NCBI GenBank assembly: GCA_944368805.1
Contig: CALVXC010000002.1
Coordinates: 5,153 to 69,152, forward strand
Source of the DNA: an uncultured Bacilli bacterium
GTDB lineage: Bacteria; Bacillota_I; Bacilli_A; RF39; UBA660
Reading direction: 5' to 3'
Length of the DNA stretch: 64,000 nt
Part shown: positions 34,986 through 45,595 of the stretch, piece by piece
Position numbering within the stretch: the stretch's first letter is position 1
Layout: the number at the start of each line of letters is the position of its first letter
Program-made: the position numbers and the translations under genes
Notes under the pieces: model-generated
Told to the model about the DNA's origin: nothing
Seen by the model: the letters and a program-made list of their open reading frames with translations, nothing else
Databases searched by the model: none

Positions 34986-37901
34986 GTGAAATATGTACCT
35001 TTGTATATTAAAACTAATAACAGTTTACTTAATAGTATGATTAAGTTAAATGAATTAGTAAAAAAAGCGCAAGAAAATCACTTTACCGCCTTGACAATTA
35101 CTGATAATAATATGTATGGAGTATTAGATTTTTATTATTTATGTTTAAAAAATAATATTAAACCAATTATAGGTTTAGAAATAAAAATTCAAGATAGAAA
35201 AATCGTTTTATATTGTAAGAATTATCAAGGTTATCAAAATTTATGTAAATTATCAACGATTATGTCAGATTCTAAACTTAATCTTGAACATCTTAAACAG
35301 TTTAGTCAAAATATAATTTGTATTGTTCTTTTTAAATCTTTGAATTTATATAATGATTTAAATAAAATATTTCAAGATATTTTTATTGGTTATGAAAATA
35401 AAGAACAATTAGAAAATTTAAATTATTCTAATTTAGTTTATATGAAAGAAGTTTTATATTTAGATAAAACAGATAGTTATTATTATCCATATTTAACTTG
35501 TATTAAAGATGGGAAAATTATTAGTGAAAATGAATTTTCAACATATAATAATCATTTAGATACTTATCAATATGTTTTAGAAAATTTTAATGAACACTTA
35601 AATAATAATTATAAAATATTTGATATGTGTAATTTAGTTATTCCTAAATTAGAAAATTTATTACCTAAATATAATTGTCCTGATCATTTAGATAGTTATA
35701 CTTATTTAAAACATTTGTGCAAAGAAGGGTTGAAAAATATTTTTGGACAAACAGTTAGTAAAGTTTATATTGATAGATTAAAATATGAATTAGATGTTAT
35801 TAATAAAATGGGTTTTTGTGATTATTTCCTAGTTGTTTTCGATTATGTTAAATACGCTAAAGAAAAAGGTATTTTAGTAGGACCAGGAAGAGGAAGTGCA
35901 GCTGGATCGTTAGTTTCTTATTGTCTTAATATTACAACAATTGATCCTATAAAATATAATTTAATGTTTGAACGTTTTTTAAATCCTGAACGTGTTTCAA
36001 TGCCTGATATTGATATTGATTTTGCCGATGATCGAAGAGAAGAAGTAATTGAATATTGTACTAATAAATATGGAATAAAAAAAGTCGCACCTATTATAAC
36101 TTTTGGAACTTTAAAAACAAAGCAAGTTATTCGTGATGTAGCTAGAGTTATGGATATTGATTTAAAACAAGTTGATAATATGAGTAAATTATTAGATCCT
36201 TATATATCATTAGCGGATAATTTAAAAAACGAAAAAGTAAAAAAATATTTGGATTTTAATAAACAATTTGCTAAATGCTATAAAATAGCTATGAAATTTG
36301 AAGGTTTAAAACGTCATAGTTCAATTCATGCAGCTGGTATTGTTATGTGTAATGAAGATTTAGATAATATTATTCCTTTAGATAAACATGAAAATGAATA
36401 TTTAACTGGTTTTGATATGACTTATTTAGAACAGATTGGTTTACTTAAAATGGATTTTTTAGGTCTTAAAAATTTAACCTTAATTACTAATGTTTTAAAA
36501 GATATCGATACCGAGTTAACTTTTGATAATATTCCTTTAAATGATTTAAAAGTTTTAGAAATATTTACTAGTGCTAATACAATTGGTATTTTTCAATTTG
36601 AATCAAGTGGTATGATTAATTTTTTAAGAAAATTTAGACCATCTACTTTTGAAGATATTATTGCTTCAATTGCTTTATTTAGACCAGGGCCAATGAAAAA
36701 TATTGATTTATATATTAGAAGAAAAAAAGGTTTAGAAAAAATTGATTATTTAGATCCTAGTTTAGAAAGTGTTTTAAAACCGACTTATGGAATTATTGTT
36801 TATCAAGAACAAATTATGCAAATTGCTCATATTATGGCTGATTATACTTTAGGAGAAGCCGATATTTTAAGAAGAGCGATGAGTAAGAAAAAAGAAGATA
36901 TTTTATTAAAAGAAAAAGATAAGTTTATTCTTCGTAGTCTTAAAAAAGGTTATAAAAAAGAGGTTGCTTTAAAAGTTTATAATTTAATTTTAAAATTTGC
37001 TTCATATGGTTTTAATCGAGCTCATTCTGTTGCTTATTCAGTTATTGCTTATAAAATGGCTTATTTAAAATATTATTATCCGAAAATATTTTTAAAAAAT
37101 ATTTTATCTAATGTTATGGGTAGTAGTAGTGATACTAAAAAATACATTTATGAAGCTAAATTAAATAATATTAAAATTTTAAGTCCTGATATAAATATTA
37201 GTACCGAAAATTATGAAGTTAGTAGTGAAGGTATTATTTATCCACTTACTGGAATTAAAAATGTTGGTTTGACGGCAATTCAAACTATTTTAAAAACGCG
37301 TAGTGAAGGTAAATTTAAAGATATTTTTGACTTTGCTAAAAGAACTTATGGTAAAAGTATTAATCGTAAAACATTAGAAAGTTTAATAATGGCTGGTTGT
37401 TTTGATAGCTTTAATTTAAATAAGAAAACTTTATATATGAATTTAGATGCGATTATTAATTATAGTGAAATTGGTGAGTTATTAGATGAAGAAAGTTTAA
37501 AACCAATTATTAAAAAATATGATGAGTATTCTGATCAAGAATTATTAGCTAAAGAATTTGAAGTATTTGGTTTTTATTTGAATAATCATCCTGTTACTAA
37601 ATATAAATTTAAATATTCTAGTGTAGCCATTAATAAATTAGATAGTTATTTTGATAAAATTGTTAATACCATTGTTTATGTTGATAAGATAAAAAAAATA
37701 ACAACTAAAAAGGGTGAAGAGATGTGTTTTATCACTGGTAGTGATGAAGTAAGCAATTTAGATATTGTTATGTTTCCGAAAATTTATAATGTTTATAAAG
37801 ATATTAAAGTTGGAGATATTTTATTATTAAATGGTAAAATTGAAAAACGTTTTGATAAAATACAATTAGTTGTCAATAAAGCTAAAAAGTTAATTGACTA
37901 G
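34986..37901 (+). CDS. dnaE: DNA polymerase III alpha subunit (DnaE type). GTG start after AGGTGG.
   Basis: PHP domain, polymerase core (GPGRGSAAGSLVSYCL..., FLNPERVSMPDIDIDF) and OB domain. Confidence 0.9.
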   Translation: MKYVPLYIKTNNSLLNSMIKLNELVKKAQENHFTALTITDNNMYGVLDFYYLCLKNNIKPIIGLEIKIQDRKIVLYCKNYQGYQNLCKLSTIMSDSKLNLEHLKQFSQNIICIVLFKSLNLYNDLNKIFQDIFIGYENKEQLENLNYSNLVYMKEVLYLDKTDSYYYPYLTCIKDGKIISENEFSTYNNHLDTYQYVLENFNEHLNNNYKIFDMCNLVIPKLENLLPKYNCPDHLDSYTYLKHLCKEGLKNIFGQTVSKVYIDRLKYELDVINKMGFCDYFLVVFDYVKYAKEKGILVGPGRGSAAGSLVSYCLNITTIDPIKYNLMFERFLNPERVSMPDIDIDFADDRREEVIEYCTNKYGIKKVAPIITFGTLKTKQVIRDVARVMDIDLKQVDNMSKLLDPYISLADNLKNEKVKKYLDFNKQFAKCYKIAMKFEGLKRHSSIHAAGIVMCNEDLDNIIPLDKHENEYLTGFDMTYLEQIGLLKMDFLGLKNLTLITNVLKDIDTELTFDNIPLNDLKVLEIFTSANTIGIFQFESSGMINFLRKFRPSTFEDIIASIALFRPGPMKNIDLYIRRKKGLEKIDYLDPSLESVLKPTYGIIVYQEQIMQIAHIMADYTLGEADILRRAMSKKKEDILLKEKDKFILRSLKKGYKKEVALKVYNLILKFASYGFNRAHSVAYSVIAYKMAYLKYYYPKIFLKNILSNVMGSSSDTKKYIYEAKLNNIKILSPDINISTENYEVSSEGIIYPLTGIKNVGLTAIQTILKTRSEGKFKDIFDFAKRTYGKSINRKTLESLIMAGCFDSFNLNKKTLYMNLDAIINYSEIGELLDEESLKPIIKKYDEYSDQELLAKEFEVFGFYLNNHPVTKYKFKYSSVAINKLDSYFDKIVNTIVYVDKIKKITTKKGEEMCFITGSDEVSNLDIVMFPKIYNVYKDIKVGDILLLNGKIEKRFDKIQLVVNKAKKLID

Positions 37902-37942
37902 TAGTTATAAATTGTTTTATAATTAATTTAGGAGTTGAAACG

Positions 37943-38308
37943 ATGAATGAAAATGGGTTTACTTTAATTGAGTTAATTGCTATTATTGTTATTATTGGTA
38001 TTGTAGCTTTAATTACAATTCCAACTGTAACAAGTGTTATTAACAATGCAAGAGAAAATTTAACTGATCAACAGATTAAAACGATTGAATTATCAGCTAA
38101 AAAATGGGGATTAGATAATATCGATAGATTACCAACGGATGAAACAACTACAGGTTGTGTTTCTTTAAACACTTTACAATCACTAGGTTATTTAGATAAT
38201 GATATAATTAATCCAACTAATAATGAGGTAATGGAAGGTAGTGTAAAAATAACTTATTTAAAAGACTATAAACAATATGAATATGAATATCAACAAACTA
38301 GTTGTTAG
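37943..38308 (+). CDS. Type IV pilin / ComGC-like pseudopilin
   Basis: Class III signal peptide G|FTLIELIAIIVIIGIV with the Glu at +5. Confidence 0.7.
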   Translation: MNENGFTLIELIAIIVIIGIVALITIPTVTSVINNARENLTDQQIKTIELSAKKWGLDNIDRLPTDETTTGCVSLNTLQSLGYLDNDIINPTNNEVMEGSVKITYLKDYKQYEYEYQQTSC

Positions 38309-38318
38309 GAGAGATTTT

Positions 38319-39206
38319 ATGAAACAATTTTTAAATGTTTTTACAGCTTTAATTTGTTCTATTTTAACGATTATTTTATATTTAGTAGTTGTTAGTTTTT
38401 TAAGTGTTGTTATGTGTCGTGGTTTAATTAGTGAAGAAGGTATTAAAGAAATTACTGATGAAGTTGATATTCTATCTTTTAAAGCGACTGGTATTTTAGC
38501 TAATGAAGAACTTACAGATGCAACGATTAAAGATGTTATCGTTTCAAAAGCTACTTCACAAGGAGTATCAGAAGTTTTAGTTTTACAAGTTTTAGAAGAT
38601 CCTAAATTTAATCAAATAATTAATCAATTTTTAACAGATTATAGTAATTATATATTAGATGATGGAGTAAAACCAGAAATTGATCAAGAAGCAATAAATG
38701 AATTAATTGTTACTAGTCGTGATTCGGTAAAAGAACAAACAGGTTATGTTATTCCTGATAGTCAATTGAATGAATTAACTAAAATAGCTAATGATTTTGC
38801 TTTAGAGATTAATAATAGTATTCCTTTAAAAGAACAAATAGTTGATAATGGAGCTGATCAAGTTTTTGAATTAATTTATTCTAATTGGTTTATTTTTATT
38901 TCAATATGTACTATTATTTTGATTTTATTAGCGTTTATGCTGTTTTGTTTTAGTGTTATTGCGCCATTAATTTGGGGTGGAATTGCCTTTATTATGTCTG
39001 GTTCGACTTTGACTGTAATTGCGGTTTTAAAATCATTTATTACTAGTATAGTTAATCAATATGATAATGTTTATAGTAGCGTTTTTAAAGCTATAAGTGG
39101 TGGTTTATTTAAAAATATTTATTTTTATGGTATTGGTGTTTTATTATTAGGAATCTTAATGGTAATTATTTATAACGTTTTAAAAAAGAAAAAATTAAAA
39201 GATTAA
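38319..39206 (+). CDS. Hypothetical membrane protein downstream of the pilin gene (start uncertain, 38277 alternative)
   Basis: N-terminal and C-terminal TM segments; no motif recognised. Confidence 0.4.
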   Translation: MKQFLNVFTALICSILTIILYLVVVSFLSVVMCRGLISEEGIKEITDEVDILSFKATGILANEELTDATIKDVIVSKATSQGVSEVLVLQVLEDPKFNQIINQFLTDYSNYILDDGVKPEIDQEAINELIVTSRDSVKEQTGYVIPDSQLNELTKIANDFALEINNSIPLKEQIVDNGADQVFELIYSNWFIFISICTIILILLAFMLFCFSVIAPLIWGGIAFIMSGSTLTVIAVLKSFITSIVNQYDNVYSSVFKAISGGLFKNIYFYGIGVLLLGILMVIIYNVLKKKKLKD

Positions 39207-39228
39207 TTAAAGTTATGGAGTAAAGAGA

Positions 39229-39275
39229 TTAATGTTATGTATTAATACAAGAAATATTTACTGCATAACATTTTT
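39229..39275 (+). terminator. Rho-independent terminator
   Basis: atgttatg-N-cataacatttttt. Confidence 0.5.
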
Positions 39276-39473
39276 TATTGTATATTAATATTTGTTTTTA
39301 ATAATTAGAGGTTTGATTTTTATGATAAGTATAATTGGACAAATAAATAGATACGAAAGTTACTTTAGGATAAATAGTAATGATAATAACGAAGAAGTTT
39401 ATAATAATTTTAATTTATATTAAAAAGCTGTCCTTTTATTAGGTACAACTTTTTTAATAAATATATATTTAAA

Positions 39474-40595
39474 TTATTTTAATAATTTAGTTAAATATTC
39501 TTCTGCTTTAAAAAATTCTGGGTTTAAATCAGTTTTAGGATAAGTAACTGATGTTTTAGCTATTTTAACTAATTCTAAAGGTTCTTTAGAATCATTATGT
39601 AAAACCTGATTATTTTCAACAGTTATTTTATTAATAACATTACTAAAAGTTCCGATTGGATAATTAGCTTTTAATTCAGATAAATTTCTAGTTGCTACAA
39701 TTATTTTAACATTATTTAATGGTAGATTTAACATATTATATAAACAGTTTAATTGATTAATAAAATCAATGTTATCTAAAATAAAATTAAATGATAAATT
39801 GTTTTCTTTAACTAGGTGATAAACTTGTTCAATAAATATATTAGCAAAATTATTAATATTTTTATTATCATCTTTTAAAATGATAAAAATAGCTGTTTTC
39901 TTTTGACCAATATTAAGTAAATCAAAATTAGTCTTACTTATAAGCGCGAGTAAATCAGTTCTTAAACAATAATTTTTAATTTTTTGTCTAGCAACTGATA
40001 AAATACTTTCTTTAGTATCACGTGGTGCATAAACAGTACTAGAAGCAGATAAATAAATAGGATCAGTTGGTTCTAATTTGTTTAAATACATTGTTATTAA
40101 ATTACTATCTTGATCTTTTTTAGTTGTTAGATCCATAACAGTACTAATACTACCTAAATTAACTTCTGCTTCTTTAGCTTCTTTAATCGTTAATAAACTC
40201 ATACCAGTAAATAAATCAGCTGAAGTGTTTGTCCAAAAAGGATCAATATTATTTTTTTCATCTTCTTCAGTAAAAATGCGATAAGAAATTTTTTCAATTA
40301 ATTCAAAACATTTATCAATATTATTATTTTTATAGTAATAATAAGGTAGGGTAAAAGGATTGTAGTTATTACTTTTAGTAGGATCTGATAAATTGATAGT
40401 AATAATTTCATAACCTTTTTCTTGTAATTGATTTATATATTGTTTATAATATTCTTGTTTTAAATCCAAAAATAATAAATTTTCATCATTTTTAATTAAT
40501 TGATTAACTTCCTTAAAAATAATACCGGTTGTTTTTCCAGAATCAATTTTTCCTTCAATTAAATTTGTTTTATAATTTTCCAAATAATTTTTCAT
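39474..40595 (-). CDS. P-loop ATPase resembling an N-terminally truncated TraG/TraD/VirD4 coupling protein (degenerate)
   Basis: GKIDSGKTTG Walker A, NYNPF and DPFW motifs. An IILKDD Walker-B-like motif replaces the usual DE. Confidence 0.4.
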   Translation of the reverse strand: MKNYLENYKTNLIEGKIDSGKTTGIIFKEVNQLIKNDENLLFLDLKQEYYKQYINQLQEKGYEIITINLSDPTKSNNYNPFTLPYYYYKNNNIDKCFELIEKISYRIFTEEDEKNNIDPFWTNTSADLFTGMSLLTIKEAKEAEVNLGSISTVMDLTTKKDQDSNLITMYLNKLEPTDPIYLSASSTVYAPRDTKESILSVARQKIKNYCLRTDLLALISKTNFDLLNIGQKKTAIFIILKDDNKNINNFANIFIEQVYHLVKENNLSFNFILDNIDFINQLNCLYNMLNLPLNNVKIIVATRNLSELKANYPIGTFSNVINKITVENNQVLHNDSKEPLELVKIAKTSVTYPKTDLNPEFFKAEEYLTKLLK

Positions 40596-40604
40596 AAATT
40601 CCTC

Positions 40605-41444
40605 CTAATTTAAATTTTTTTTCATTTGAATATATTTTATTTGATTTTTAGTTATTTGATTATCTTCTATAAATCCATATTGTTTAGCTAAATTAATTTT
40701 TTCTTTATCAGTTAGTTTAATTAAAATAGTAATATATTTATAATCAGATTTTAATTTATCAAAAATCAAATGCATTAATTCGATACTATTAAAAGTACTA
40801 TCGGGATTATTTAAGTTAATATCTAATAAGTTATTTGAATTATAAATAATGAAATCATCAGTAATGGAGCTATTTTCATAAATGATATAATAAGTAGCTT
40901 TTTTACTTTTAACATCATTAGTTAATGTTTGGTTAAGATTTGTTTTCCTTTGAAATAACAATTGATCATAACTAGCTTTGACGATTCTTTTAATAGTATT
41001 TAAATTATTATCGATTTTCTTAACTTTTTGATGTTCTATTTCGTAAGTAGGGTTATTTAAAATAATCTTACCATTATGAATACAACTTCTTAAATAATCG
41101 ATTTTTTTTATTTTTTCTTTCGTAATATTTATTTGATTTAACAATTGCTGTTTTTTTTCATTCATTTTAAAGTCATCGAAATTGTTCCAATAGTTTTTTA
41201 TTTCTTCTAATGTAAAACCAACATTTTTAAGTTCAGTAATAATTTTATATTCTTCAATTTTAGCGTCACTATAGTAGCGATAACCGGTATAAATATCAAT
41301 ATTGTCAGGTTTAAATAAATCTATTTCATCATAATATCTAAGAGTTCGAATTGATGCACCAGTAAGTTTAGAAAAAGTGCCTATTCTATACACCTCTTTA
41401 CTCCTTTCAGTTGACTTTAAAATATCGATTGTTAAATTTGTCAT
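40605..41444 (-). CDS. MerR-family regulator with ~150-aa uncharacterised C-terminal domain
   Basis: YRIGTFSKLTGASIRTLRYYDEIDLFKP helix-turn-helix. Confidence 0.65.
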   Translation of the reverse strand: MTNLTIDILKSTERSKEVYRIGTFSKLTGASIRTLRYYDEIDLFKPDNIDIYTGYRYYSDAKIEEYKIITELKNVGFTLEEIKNYWNNFDDFKMNEKKQQLLNQINITKEKIKKIDYLRSCIHNGKIILNNPTYEIEHQKVKKIDNNLNTIKRIVKASYDQLLFQRKTNLNQTLTNDVKSKKATYYIIYENSSITDDFIIYNSNNLLDINLNNPDSTFNSIELMHLIFDKLKSDYKYITILIKLTDKEKINLAKQYGFIEDNQITKNQIKYIQMKKNLN

Positions 41445-41457
41445 TATTATATCATGT

Positions 41458-41745
41458 TTAAATGATATTGAAAAGTTTTAAAATAATTGCTAAAAGGATA
41501 AGGGTAACAGCTATAAAAATATTAAAACCTAGTGAACCATCATATTTATTTTGTGTTTGTTTAGCTTCGGTATAGATATCTTCACGTTTAAAATTATTTC
41601 GCGCATAAGCTTCACTAAAATATTCACATCGTTCGTTATTAGCCCAAACAAATTTGTTAATTTTAGAACAATAACAATAACCGGCTTTGTTATCTTTTAT
41701 TTTGTCAGGATTTAAATATGTGCAATCACTGCAATATCTTGCCAT
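41458..41745 (-). CDS. Small Zn-ribbon-like protein with C-terminal TM anchor
   Basis: CSDC...CYC...C pattern with a hydrophobic tail. Confidence 0.4.
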   Translation of the reverse strand: MARYCSDCTYLNPDKIKDNKAGYCYCSKINKFVWANNERCEYFSEAYARNNFKREDIYTEAKQTQNKYDGSLGFNIFIAVTLILLAIILKLFNII

Positions 41746-41911
41746 AAATTCCTCCTCTCACTGTTGATTTTATTACTCTAGTTAACTGGAGAGTCAATAC
41801 TTATAAGCAAAATTTAAGCCATAAAAAAACATATGTTTTTTTATCAAATACTATTTGTTTTTAATTGACTTTGTAATGGACAATTAATATAATATATATT
41901 AGGAGGATAAT

Positions 41912-42748
41912 ATGAAATATAAAATGAATGTTACATTAAGTAATAGCGAAGTTGTAGAAATAGAAATTGAAAAACCAGAATTAATATATGGAGCTACCGC
42001 ATTTATTGTTAATTATAAAGTAGATGGTTATGCATTAAATCCAATTACTAATGAAAAACTAGAAATTATCCAAGGAGAAGAAACAAGATTTTTTATTCCG
42101 GCACATATAGAAAAAGATTATATTTATGCAAAAGAACATCATTTACCAATCAAACAAGTCGTCGCACCATATTTTTATGGTAAGGGGGAAGAAGCACCAA
42201 GAAATGATAAAGAAACTCAAAGAAGATATAGTGTTGTTGGAATTATAAAACATCATAAGGAAGATCAGTATTTGTGTGAAGATGCGAAGGGAAGAAATTG
42301 TAAAAGCTTTGTTATGGGTGGTATTGAAGAAAATGAAACACCTGAAGAAGCTTGTATTCGTGAAGTTTTTGAAGAAACCGGATATCAAGATGTAGAAATT
42401 GATTTTGTTAGTAACTTTGTTGTTGTAAATCATTTCTATGCTGGTTATAAAGGAGTTAACCGTTATGCTTATTTAAATTTTGTATATGGACATTTAACAA
42501 GTGATAAACATGAAAATATTACCGAAGAGGAGCGTGCAAAACACGTTGTAAAATGGATTTCTAAAGATGATTTAAAAGACTTCATTAATATAGACTTAAA
42601 TAAAATGGCACTAGATATTTTACTTTATGGTCAACATGCTTATATAGAAGATGGAATTATGATTACAAACGATGATAATAACGAAAAAACATCACAAGAG
42701 GTTAGAAAAAACATAATTAAAATGCTTAATTTGGAAGGTATTAAATAA
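41912..42748 (+). CDS. Nudix hydrolase with ~100-aa unknown N-terminal domain
   Basis: Nudix box GGIEENETPEEACIREVFEETGY. Confidence 0.7.
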   Translation: MKYKMNVTLSNSEVVEIEIEKPELIYGATAFIVNYKVDGYALNPITNEKLEIIQGEETRFFIPAHIEKDYIYAKEHHLPIKQVVAPYFYGKGEEAPRNDKETQRRYSVVGIIKHHKEDQYLCEDAKGRNCKSFVMGGIEENETPEEACIREVFEETGYQDVEIDFVSNFVVVNHFYAGYKGVNRYAYLNFVYGHLTSDKHENITEEERAKHVVKWISKDDLKDFINIDLNKMALDILLYGQHAYIEDGIMITNDDNNEKTSQEVRKNIIKMLNLEGIK

Positions 42749-42765
42749 TTATATTTTTAAAATAA

Positions 42766-42810
42766 AAGACTGTCAGCAAACTAATTTTGCCAACAGTCTT
42801 ATTTTAATCC
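42766..42810. terminator. Bidirectional terminator
   Basis: aagactgtcagcaaa-ctaa-tttgccaacagtctt with a T-run. Confidence 0.55.
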
Positions 42811-43005
42811 TTTTTCTAAGGTGTCTAAAATATATTCTTGATTATTTATATCGCTGTTATTCCAAAGAATTTCAAAGAAAATACCTAAACCTGGTAAAGT
42901 AATTTCATCATTACTACTAATTGCTTCGGTAATTGACGTTTTAATTTCATCTTTTTCTGCACCTTTAAAATTTTCTTTGATGCTTTTACGAATATTAATT
43001 TCCAT
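42799..43005 (-). CDS. sspI: Small acid-soluble spore protein I
   Basis: EITLPGLGIFFEILW...LDTLEKGLK matches B. subtilis SspI (...LPGLGVLFEVIW...LKTLEGGLK). Confidence 0.75.
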   Translation of the reverse strand: MEINIRKSIKENFKGAEKDEIKTSITEAISSNDEITLPGLGIFFEILWNNSDINNQEYILDTLEKGLK

Positions 43006-43110
43006 TTTATCCCTCCTAATTATAAGATGTCAAATATTTAAAAAAAATATACAAAATTATTCCAATTTAGATATTTTTATTATATAATGTTAATAGAATG
43101 GAGGAAGAAA

Positions 43111-43662
43111 ATGATTGCTTTAATTATTGTTGGTGTTATTGTTTTAATCTTAATTATTTTTGTAGTTGTAACTTATAACAGTTTAGTTAATTTAAGAAAC
43201 AAAGTTAAAGACCAATGGGCAAGTATCGATGTATTATTAAAAAGAAGAGCTGATTTAATACCTAATTTAGTGGAAACTGTCAAAGGGTATGCTGCTCATG
43301 AGAAAGAAACTTTAGATGAAGTTATTGAAGCACGCAATCAAAGTGTTATAGCTAATACGCCTGAAGCTGAAATGAAAGCTAGTGGTGAGTTAACACAAGC
43401 GTTAAGTAAATTATTTGCTTTAAGTGAAGCTTATCCTGATTTAAAAGCTAATACTAATTTTATGCAGTTACAAACTGACTTAACTGATACTGAAGATAAA
43501 ATTGCTCATGCTAGACAATTTTATAATGATGCAGTATTACTTTATAAAAATAAATTAGAGATGTTTCCGTCAAATATTATTGGCTCAATGTTTGGATTTA
43601 AACAAGAGGCATTCTTTGAAGCTGACGAATCATCAAAAGAAACACCAAAAGTACAATTTTAA
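43111..43662 (+). CDS. lemA: LemA family protein
   Basis: N-terminal TM segment and LemA consensus; paired with the downstream DUF2207 gene. Confidence 0.8.
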   Translation: MIALIIVGVIVLILIIFVVVTYNSLVNLRNKVKDQWASIDVLLKRRADLIPNLVETVKGYAAHEKETLDEVIEARNQSVIANTPEAEMKASGELTQALSKLFALSEAYPDLKANTNFMQLQTDLTDTEDKIAHARQFYNDAVLLYKNKLEMFPSNIIGSMFGFKQEAFFEADESSKETPKVQF

Positions 43663-43663
43663 A

Positions 43664-43688
43664 GGCTTGTTTAAGCCTTTTTTAGGAG
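43664..43688 (+). terminator. Rho-independent terminator
   Basis: aaggcttgtttaagccttttttagg. Confidence 0.6.
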
Positions 43689-43694
43689 GAAAAA

Positions 43695-45542
43695 ATGAAA
43701 AGGTTTTTATGGTTGATTTTTCTTATTTTAGTTGTTCCTTTTAGTGTTAAAGCTAATGGAATAACTGATTATAAAATAAATGCAACGGTTTTAAATAATG
43801 GCGATTTATTAGTTCAAGAAGCTTTTAAGTTAGATGGACAATATAACGGTTTTGAAAGAATTATTAATTTTAAAAATAGTAGTGCTCCTACCTTTGATGG
43901 CAGTTATGAATCGTTTGATGGTAGTGATATTTATAATGGAACTAGTATTGAACTTAAACAAATACGTGCGATCACGAATGGTAATTATAGTTTTGAGCAA
44001 ATGAAAACAAGTGGAGATAAATTTAGTAAAGTATCATCAGCTAATAAAGGTGATTATGGAGTTTATACCGAAACTTTAAATTCTTCATCAAATAGCTATC
44101 TGATTTATAATCCTAGTAGTAGTGGTAAATTCTTTTATTTAGAATATGTTGTAACTAATTTAGCTGTTGTTCATAATGACGTAGCTGAAATTGGCTATAA
44201 TATTTTTACATCGTTAAATGAAGATGTTGCTAATTTAGAAGTAACAGTTAATATTCCTGGTAATCAAAATGAATTACGAGCTTGGGCTCATGGACCATTA
44301 ACTGGAAATATTACAATTAATAATAAAGAACAATTTATTTTAACTTTAAATGGTTTGTACGCTAATGAAGCAATTGATACGAGGTTTGTTTTTGATAAAA
44401 ACCTTATTACTAATCCGATTAAAACAACTGGAATTGATGCTTTAGATAAAATTATAAAAGTAGAAACTGATCGGGCAAATGAAGCTAATCAAGAAAGAGA
44501 AGCTTTACAAAACAAATTAATATTACAAAAATTAATAGTTATTAGTGTTACTTCTCTTTATTTAATGATTTTGATTATTTTATTAGTTAGATTTTATTTA
44601 AAATATGATCGTGAATTAAAATCCGATTTTAAACAAAAGTATTTTAGAGATATTCCAAGTAATTATCCACCAACTACAGTTGGTTACTTGTTCAACAAAA
44701 AAGTTGGAACTAATGATTTATCAGCTTCTATCTTATCTTTAATTGAACAAAAAATTATTACTGTTGAAGGTAATGATAAGAAAAATTATAAATTTATTTA
44801 TAAAAATAAAAATGCGGAATTAGATAAAAATCAAACTTCTTTAATATCTTTAGTTTTTAATGGAAAAGATGAAATATTATTGACCGATTTTAAAAAAGAA
44901 GCTAAAAAAAGTTATAGTAGTTTTTTAAAACGTTATAATGAATGGATATCGTTAGTTACTGATGAAGCAATTAAAGAAAACTTTTTTGAAAAAAGAAAAA
45001 TTTGGGGATATACTTTATATATGATTGCTGGTTTTTTCATTGGAATTATGATGTTATCTTGGTCTTTATTAGGTCTAATATGTATTTTTAGTTCAGTAAT
45101 AGCTTTGATGTATGTTACGAAAAGTAACAAACGAACTAAAAAAGGTAACGATGATTTTGTTAAATGGAAAGCTTTAAAAAATTTTATGAATGATTTTAGT
45201 ATTATTGATAAAAGAGAGTTACCCGAAGTTAGTTTGTGGGGTAAATATTTAGTTTATGCCGTTAGTTTAGGTTGTGCTGATAAATTAGCTAAAGATATGG
45301 CCGTTAGAGTTAAAGAGTTTGACGATATTTATTATGGAAATATTTTATATAATCCTAACGATATTATTATGCTTACAAGTTTTAATCACGTTATTAATGA
45401 TTCTGTTAATAGTGCAGTTAATATGGCTCGTTCAGCTAGTGCAAGTGCTAATTCATCAAGATCTTCATCAGGTGGTTTTGGAGGAGGATTTTCTTCCGGT
45501 GGTGGATCATTTGGTGGAGGCGGCGGTGGAGGTCGTTTCTAA
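43695..45542 (+). CDS. DUF2207 membrane protein with Gly/Ser-rich C-terminal tail
   Basis: Signal sequence, central TM, GGFGGGFSSGGG tail, and the classic LemA-DUF2207 pairing. Confidence 0.7.
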   Translation: MKRFLWLIFLILVVPFSVKANGITDYKINATVLNNGDLLVQEAFKLDGQYNGFERIINFKNSSAPTFDGSYESFDGSDIYNGTSIELKQIRAITNGNYSFEQMKTSGDKFSKVSSANKGDYGVYTETLNSSSNSYLIYNPSSSGKFFYLEYVVTNLAVVHNDVAEIGYNIFTSLNEDVANLEVTVNIPGNQNELRAWAHGPLTGNITINNKEQFILTLNGLYANEAIDTRFVFDKNLITNPIKTTGIDALDKIIKVETDRANEANQEREALQNKLILQKLIVISVTSLYLMILIILLVRFYLKYDRELKSDFKQKYFRDIPSNYPPTTVGYLFNKKVGTNDLSASILSLIEQKIITVEGNDKKNYKFIYKNKNAELDKNQTSLISLVFNGKDEILLTDFKKEAKKSYSSFLKRYNEWISLVTDEAIKENFFEKRKIWGYTLYMIAGFFIGIMMLSWSLLGLICIFSSVIALMYVTKSNKRTKKGNDDFVKWKALKNFMNDFSIIDKRELPEVSLWGKYLVYAVSLGCADKLAKDMAVRVKEFDDIYYGNILYNPNDIIMLTSFNHVINDSVNSAVNMARSASASANSSRSSSGGFGGGFSSGGGSFGGGGGGGRF

Positions 45543-45595
45543 AATAAAAAATTGATAAATAGATTATTTCTAATATCAATTTTTTTTTGTATTTT

